Positions 56,975 through 64,000 of a DNA stretch of 64,000 nt are shown here, piece after piece (positions within the stretch are counted from its first letter, which is position 1; every line of letters begins with the position of its first letter). Made by a program: the position numbers and the translations under genes. Under the pieces are notes generated by a model, which was not told the DNA's origin, did no database searches, and saw only the letters and a program-made list of their open reading frames with translations. The stretch comes from Takakia lepidozioides (taxonomy: Eukaryota; Plantae; Bryophyta). Where the stretch lies: assembly GCA_030704615.1 (NCBI GenBank), contig CM060732.1, forward strand, positions 22,630,001 to 22,694,000, in the 5' to 3' direction.

Positions 56975-59900
56975 TGTCACGGACATAGCCCATAGGAATT
57001 TACCAAGAGTAAATACCAGAAGTTATCAAGTTACCTTGTTACTGAAGTTATCATGATTTATCATAAGTTATCATTAGTATCAAGTTACCGAGAGTAACTT
57101 GGGAAACTGCTCAGGAAGCTTCTTTTCGAAGAAGTTTCTCCATCAAGATACCTCATTTGTTTAAGGAAACTTCTTCATCAAGAAACATCCATTGGGGAAA
57201 CTTCTTAGGGAAATTCCTAGTAGCCAGTATATATAGGAGGCGAGACTGGACACTCTTCAGTCTCGCCAACACAAGTTCAAGCTATTCTTGTTTCCAGTCC
57301 CAGTACTCCAGTCCAGCTTCCAGTAGTCTCGTCCAGTTTCCAGCATTCCAGTATTCAAGTTGAGTTTCAGTATATTGTACTTTTGTCCATTGTTATAAAG
57401 ATCATCTTAGTTCATGTTTACCTATCATGCATTCGACCACGCCGACCTTGACTTCTTGTCTAGTCTCGTACCTCTAGTCTGATCTCTTGTTTGTGTTCAG
57501 TCATGTTCTCGTCCTTGACAGTTTAGTGAGACTAAAGTTTGTTCTTTAGTTAGTTAAGATGAAAGACACATTTGCGGAAATGGTCGCCACATTACAGAGT
57601 CTTCAGCTCCAGATGCGAGAACTTCGTACCTCTACCACCCAATTACAAGCTGATCAGTCTCAAGATCTTGGCAACGCTCTCCACAAATTCAGAGTTAAAG
57701 AAGTCAAACAATGGATCTTCAACCATACGAGTCCTTATTGCAACAGCTCATACTTCAACGATTCATCTTCAACAGATTTACGAGAGAACCAAAGATCAGC
57801 ATGCTCGAGAAATTTGATGGGACGAGATCAAGATTTCACGATTTTGTTCAACAAGTACGACTGTTCCTACGACAACATCCACAACGCTACCCCGATGAAG
57901 ATATTCAAGTGGGATTCGGGGGCACCCTTCTATCAGGCACTGCCCTATCTTGGTTTGCACCGCTATTAGAAAAATATTTGCATTTACTATACAATTTTGA
58001 AGCGTTCATGTCCGAGTTTACTGCAACGTTTGGAAAGAATGATAGAGAGAGAGTTGCAGAGACAAAGATGCGAAACCTTCGACAATGAGCACATCCTGCT
58101 TCCATTTATGCTGCCGAATTTCGACAATGTGCGTGCGACCTCGACTGGAATGAGAAGAGCCTCATTAGTCAGTTTCGATGTGGGCTAAAAGATGATGTAA
58201 AATATGTGTTACTGACAATGCCAAACGTGAGCACACTGAGTGAATTCATCACCCAAGTCATTGCATGTATTTCATCTGTTCGAAAGACGTCAAGAGATGC
58301 GATCTGGATGGTCGACGACGCATCATGCCGCTACTACTACGGCACCAAACACAACGATCCATCATACATCCGGTAGTGATCCTATGCAGATTGATGCTAT
58401 TTAATTCAAGCCATTGACACCACAAAAAAAACAAAGACGACGCTCGAATGGATTATGCCTCTATTGCAGAGAAGAAGATCACATAGCATTAAACTGCCCC
58501 AACAAGAAAAAATTCAAAGTTCGGGGCACAACTCAAGTGTTCGATACGAGGAGGTCGGAAAACAAAGATGTCCAGTCATAGTAAGGACCATGCGACTGAC
58601 CGTGCGACTGGACACCACAAATTTCTCACCGAAAAAAATGTCTCTTTCTACCTCCAGACCCTGCACCTTACTTCATAGTTCTGGTAAAAATCAGAGTGCA
58701 AAATCGAGATACCTCTGTAGAAGCACTTTTGGACTCAGGGGCTTCAGCATAATTTATTGACAAAAACTTTGCGAAGCAACACAATTTAACACTCGTAAAG
58801 AATAAACTTTCGGCCCCCGTTGAAGTCATCGATGGACGACCGTCAGCATTAGGAGATATTGACCATGAAACTCGACCACTTGAAGTGAAGCTTAAAGATC
58901 AAGCATCACATATTGTTTTCAACGTCATCCAGTCTCCAACGAATCTTGTGATCCTTGGACTTCCCTGGTTCGTACTTCACAATCCTGACATCGACTAGCG
59001 ATCGCGAAAAAATTCTACAAAACAAAAATATAGAAATATCAAAGGTATTCAACTTTTGTTCCTTGGAGCTAGAGCTTTCATGAGAGCTACCAAAAAGAAT
59101 GCGGCATTTGCACTTTATGCGACTCCGATCAAGACCACAACAGACAAAGGTACTTCAACATTACCCACTCAATATCAAGATTTCAAGGATGTCTTCGAGA
59201 AGAAAAATGCAGACATATTGCCAGACCATCGATCTTATGACTATGCAATTGAGTTACAAGAAGGAGCCCAACCACCATTCGGCCTAATCTATAACTTATC
59301 CCAGACGGAGTTGGCTGCATTACGTGAATACATTGATGAAAATTTGTCGAAGCACTTCATCCGATATTCAAAATCACCTACGGGGGCGTCTATCTTGTTT
59401 GTGAAAAAGAAGGACTGATCATTACGCATATGTATAGACTATCACGGTCTCAACAAAGTCACAATTAAGAATTGTTATACGTTGCCGCTGATTTCTGGGC
59501 TTCTCGACCAGCTGGGACGAACGAAGATTTTCACCAAAATTGACTTGAGAGGAGCTTATAACCTTGTACGGATAAAAGAAAGGAGACAAATGGAAAACAG
59601 CTTTTCGAACAAGGTATGGACATTTTGAATACAGTGTTATGTCTTTCGGTCTTACAAATGCTCCAGCAATTTTTCAGCATATGATCAATGACATCTTTCG
59701 AGAATTTTGGGATGACTTTGTAGTCATCTATTTGGACGACATTTTGATATTTTCACAGAATGAAGAAGAACATGGCCGCCATGTACGCCTTGTCCTTGAT
59801 AAATTAAGAGAAATAGGACTACATGTCAAGTTGGAAAAATATATTTTCCATCAATCTGAGGTCGAATTTCTGGGCTACATTATTTCCAACAAATGCGTCT

Positions 59901-61415
59901 TTATGGATCAAAAGAAAATACAAACCATCATCGAGTGGATTAAACCAACTTCGGTCCGGGATATACAATGTTTTCTGGGATCTATAGAATCTTCTTCAAG
60001 GACTACTCCAAAATTGTTGCACCATTGACACGACTCATAGGGGAATGACAAATTTGTATGGGACGAGAAGGCTGACCAGGCATTTGAAAGGCTAAAGTAG
60101 ACATTTACAACGGCTCCAATACTGGTACATGCAGACCCATCTAAACCGTTCTTTTTGGAAGCAGATGCATCGGACTTTGCACATGGCGCTATACTTTCTC
60201 AATTTGGTACGGATGGCCGACTTCACCCTGTTGGTTTTCGTTCTCGCAAATTTTTCCGCTGTAGAGATCAATTATGAAATCCATGACAAAGAACTTCTAG
60301 CGATTATCGATGCTTTTGAGGAGTGGCGTCATCTATTGGAGGGAGCTAAACATCAGGTCACTGTCTATACCGATCACAAAAACCTCGAATATTTTATGAG
60401 TGCTCGTGTTTTGAATCGACGTCAAGCAAAATGGGGTATGTCACTAGCAAGGTTTGATTTTGTTATTACCTATCGCTCCAGACATCTTCAAGGGAAACTC
60501 GATGCTCTTTCTCGACGATCGTATCTTGCGCCGAAAAAATGGAAGGCTGCTTTTGACCAACAGAAATCCATCATCTTTAAACCAGTGAAGAGCGACCAAT
60601 TTGCTACGACACTACGAAGTCAACTAAATCGACCTCGAGACAACCAACATGTTACAAACGACTTCGAATACAAAGATGACTTCATTTATTTCAAGGGACT
60701 TCTCTATGTACCTCCAGGACCTACACGACTTCGAATTCTTCAAATATATCATGATCTTCCGGCTGTATGACAGTTCGGCTTCAACAAAATAATGGAATTG
60801 ATATCTAGGGACTATTGGTGGCCACAGATGTGGAAACTCGTGAAAGAATTTATAAAATCTTGTGACACGTGTGCTAGGGCGAAAGGACCACGACATCGAC
60901 CTTACGGCCTTCTTCAACCATTACCCATTCCCAAGGGTCCATGGTCGTCCTTGTCTATCGACTTTATTACGGACCTTCCAATTTCCAAGACCACCGACTC
61001 AATCCTTGTTATTGTGGATCGTTTTACGAAGATGACACATTTCATTCCATGTAATAAAACGGTTACAGGTGAGGAACCTGCAAGACTCTTCCTCAATAAT
61101 GTCTATCGCATTCATGGACTCCCGAAGGACATCGTCTCTGATCGAGGACCACAGTTCATATCAAATTTCTGGAGGGGATTATTTTACATATTGAATATTA
61201 AGATCAACCTCTCTACAGCTAATCATCCACAGACTGATGGTCAAACCGAACGTGTAAACCAGATTTTGGAGCAGTATCTTCGTTGTTCGATAAATTATCG
61301 CCAAGATAATTGGACGGACCTTCTGCCCTTGGCTGAGTTTGCCTACAACAACACTATACATTCTTCCACCAAGCAAACTTCATTTTTCTCCAATTATGGT
61401 CATCATCCTCGAACA
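56975..61415 (+). mobile_element. Degenerate, 3'-truncated Ty3/gypsy element (Tcn1/Tf-like)
   Basis: LTR at 56975-57520 (TGTCACGGAC..GTCCTTGACA). Gag PKISMLEKFDGTRSRF, protease ALLDSGAS, RT YLDDILIFS, RNase [13 protein letters not shown], integrase SIDFITDLP/SDRGPQF/DGQTERVNQ. Many stops; no 3' LTR. Confidence 0.9.
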
Positions 61416-61688
61416 AAGTGAATGACGTTGACGACATTCACTTCTATGTCTGTGTCATTCCAAAACGAGAGTTTGCATTCACGTGGATTAGGGTGTATTT
61501 GCAGTATCATTGAATGGAATTTTTTGAATGGCGTTGACGACATTCACATCCAGAGCTGTCGCGTGGTCCTGAGAGCTCCTTGGAGCAGTTCTCAGAGCCA
61601 TTTCATTCCATGTTTTTTTCATTCTGTGCTACTTGCATCTTACTCACTTCGCGCTTTGGTGGGTTGGGATTTATCTCCTGTTTAACAG

Positions 61689-63575
61689 GTACACAAAATA
61701 TGTGCTTATGGAAGAAAATCACCTGAGCGGTATTCCAGACTATCTTGACATGTGGTCGGACCCTGCAAACGATCCAACCATGTATAATGCAGGGATATTG
61801 AAGGACTGGAGTCCTTCTCACTTCAAAGACTGTGGTTGGTACCTTGACTGCCCACCGGAGCACACGACCTTTCAAGAACAGCACATGAAATATTTGAACA
61901 ATAATGCTGAGATGCTGGCGCCTCTGACTGACGAGCAATACCAAAGAAACATAGTAACATTGGCTGCCAAGGAGCCTGATGCTCAGGGAACGCCGCAGAA
62001 GGGAAAGAAGGCGGGCCGCAAACCAAAAGACAATGCTCTTGATGTCATAACCGTCTCACCAGCAAAGCCAAAGGACAAAGACAAGTCCAAAGAGAAGGAA
62101 AATGACAAGGGGAATGAGAAAGAAAAGGAGATGGAAAAGGAGACTGGGTAGGACTTCACTGCTGGAAGATATACCCGCACAGTTCAGTGCGTGTTCGATG
62201 CCAAGCCACACCCTTCCCGTTCTGATTCGGCAGGAGAGATTAAAATTGTCAATGAGGGTTGGCTGGCGATGATGCAGAGTCGAAAGAGAGGATACACTGG
62301 GGTGCCTTCGCCTACCTGGGACAACATAATCTCATTCCTCAATCTGGTGAGAATTCTAGTTTCTTCCTTTTTCTCTGAAAGTTTCATTGGCAGTATTTCA
62401 GTCTGGTTCTTTGAAAACATTCTTGCCATCGTTCTTAAAATAAACATGTCTGTTGTAGGTGAGCACTGGTCCTACCTTCGTGTGCGGTGTGCAGAAAACA
62501 TATGCGGCTGACATTGTCATTCTCGACATCCCGGATGGCCAGGCTGTGCCAAAAGTTCTTCCAAAGGGCAAGACGTTAGGCTGGAACAAATTCGAGGACA
62601 ACTACTGGAGTTGGGTGTTCGGGTTCTGTAATAATTTCCTCTCTGATGCATGGACACTTCTGCTTTTTCAGTCATGTGACAAAGATAGTCGTCGGGCATT
62701 GACATCATACCTGAAGTCTTCAGGGTTTGAAGTTTTACGCACATGGAATTGTGTGAACAGCCTCTACCTTGTGAAAGGGGGTTTCCCTGGTCAGCTGGTA
62801 TGCCGTCTCTCTTCTGCTTGTGCTTTCATGATGAGTTTCAATGTTCTCTGCAGCTCCACTCTAGAAGAATCTGTCATGATCGACACCGATCATCACCGAT
62901 TCGTGATAAAAATGATTATTTTATGCCTGAGTTATGAATAGCCGATGTACACACTTCCACTATAGATTGTGTTTACCACACTAACCTGCTATCTTTGGCA
63001 GACGAGGATGTTCGAGGCAATCTACCTACGGAGGATTCGCACCTCAAAGACACCATCCTCCATCCGCAGCTTTGAGATTTCTGACCAGGGTTGTTTCGTC
63101 AACCCCCCCTATGAGCCGCATGTCGATGACATTTTGTACAACTTCATGCAGTCCAGTCAGACTCTGAAGAGACCAGATGGCACTCCCTGGAGAGGTGCAA
63201 AGGAAAAATCCCCAGCGTTCATGCAAATACTGCTGGAGTTATGCAGCCACCACTCTGCACGGGTGGTCGATCTTTCTGTGTCCACATGTTCGTTCTCTCC
63301 CTTCCGAATTGATTTTCTTTCAGCAGTTCCATCTGCTTAAATCCCCCCACCAAACTGTTCATGTCCTCCTGTCTGGTGTAGGAGCAACTTACCATGCATG
63401 CAAGGCAGGCGGAAGAAGCCTTTTTGGCATGGAGGGTGATTCTGACCTCTACAACACAGTGCTCCTCCCCATTTTGTCTGGCTCCACTTCAAGCACACAG
63501 ACTGATCGGATTCAAATTCGAAATGATGACGATCCCGAAGATAAGCAGGTCGACAACGACTTTTCATGTGAGTAA
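61689..63575 (+). pseudogene. ParB-MTase family gene, copy 3 (C-terminal exons including the methyltransferase-like domain; 5' part missing)
   Basis: Exons are colinear with 34916-36774: ADIVILDIPDG (DIPDG at 62525-62539), FLSDAWTLLLF, GFEVLRTW, EKSPAFMQILLELCSHHSARVVDLSVST/GATYHACKAGGRSLFGMEGD, ending DNDFSCE. In-frame TAG at 62149-62151. Confidence 0.75.
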
Positions 63576-64000
63576 GTGCTAAACCCACTTTGGGAGCCAT
63601 ACTCAATTTCTCAATAACATCAAAGTTACAGTAATAACTTTTTCAGGCTGTCTTTCAGGAAAGGCAGCGGTGGATCTTCAGGAGATACAGTCATTTGTGG
63701 CAAGTCTGTTTTCGACAGCCCCCTTTCCAATATTCTGCTTCCTGATTATGCCGAAGCAATGGCACTTCACGCGGCCGAGTCCCTATCCCCTGACTTTTTA
63801 CTGCCCGGCCGTAGGTGTAGCCAGCGTAGATCCGGAGTTCTTAAATACTTAGACTTAGATGCAGATGAAGCGGGGATACATTGTACTGACTCTGAGTCAG
63901 ACTGAACTATGTTCTTTTAATATTCTGTTTCATCCTCTTTGGAAAACGTTGAATCCCCTTCCTCCACCGTAGTTGTTCCTTTGGAAAGAAAAATAATCAA

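Overview
Repeat-rich eukaryotic DNA with spliceosomal introns, most likely from a non-seed land plant (inferred from a plant SUA gene and a Tcn1-type gypsy element). Contents: (1) A ~13.4-kb Ty3/gypsy LTR element (6386-19852, +, TSD GATGG) is nested in opposite orientation inside a sibling copy (4274-31058, -, TSD ATGCC). Both carry extra ORFs. (2) There is a host SUA/RBM5-like splicing-factor gene (44152-~55200, -) with a 26-nt insertion that creates a stop codon. (3) Two Copia remnants and a truncated Tcn1-like gypsy element are present. (4) The main finding is three divergent, intron-containing copies (1-1343 -, 32820-36774 +, 61689-63575 +) of a gene that joins a ParB/Srx-type N-terminal domain (DGNHR) to a beta-class N4/N6 DNA amino-methyltransferase-like domain. 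Each copy comes with its own palindromes built on a CG-N4-CG core: upstream arrays at 1462-2560 and 31457-32751, and single sites in equivalent introns of copies 2 and 3. Copy 1 lies head-to-head with a SWIM-finger transposase-like gene. Together these look like a plant DNA transposon carrying a parS/ParB-like loading-site and methyltransferase module. All three copies have nonsense or frameshift lesions. Domain calls are motif recognition by eye; no database searches were run.
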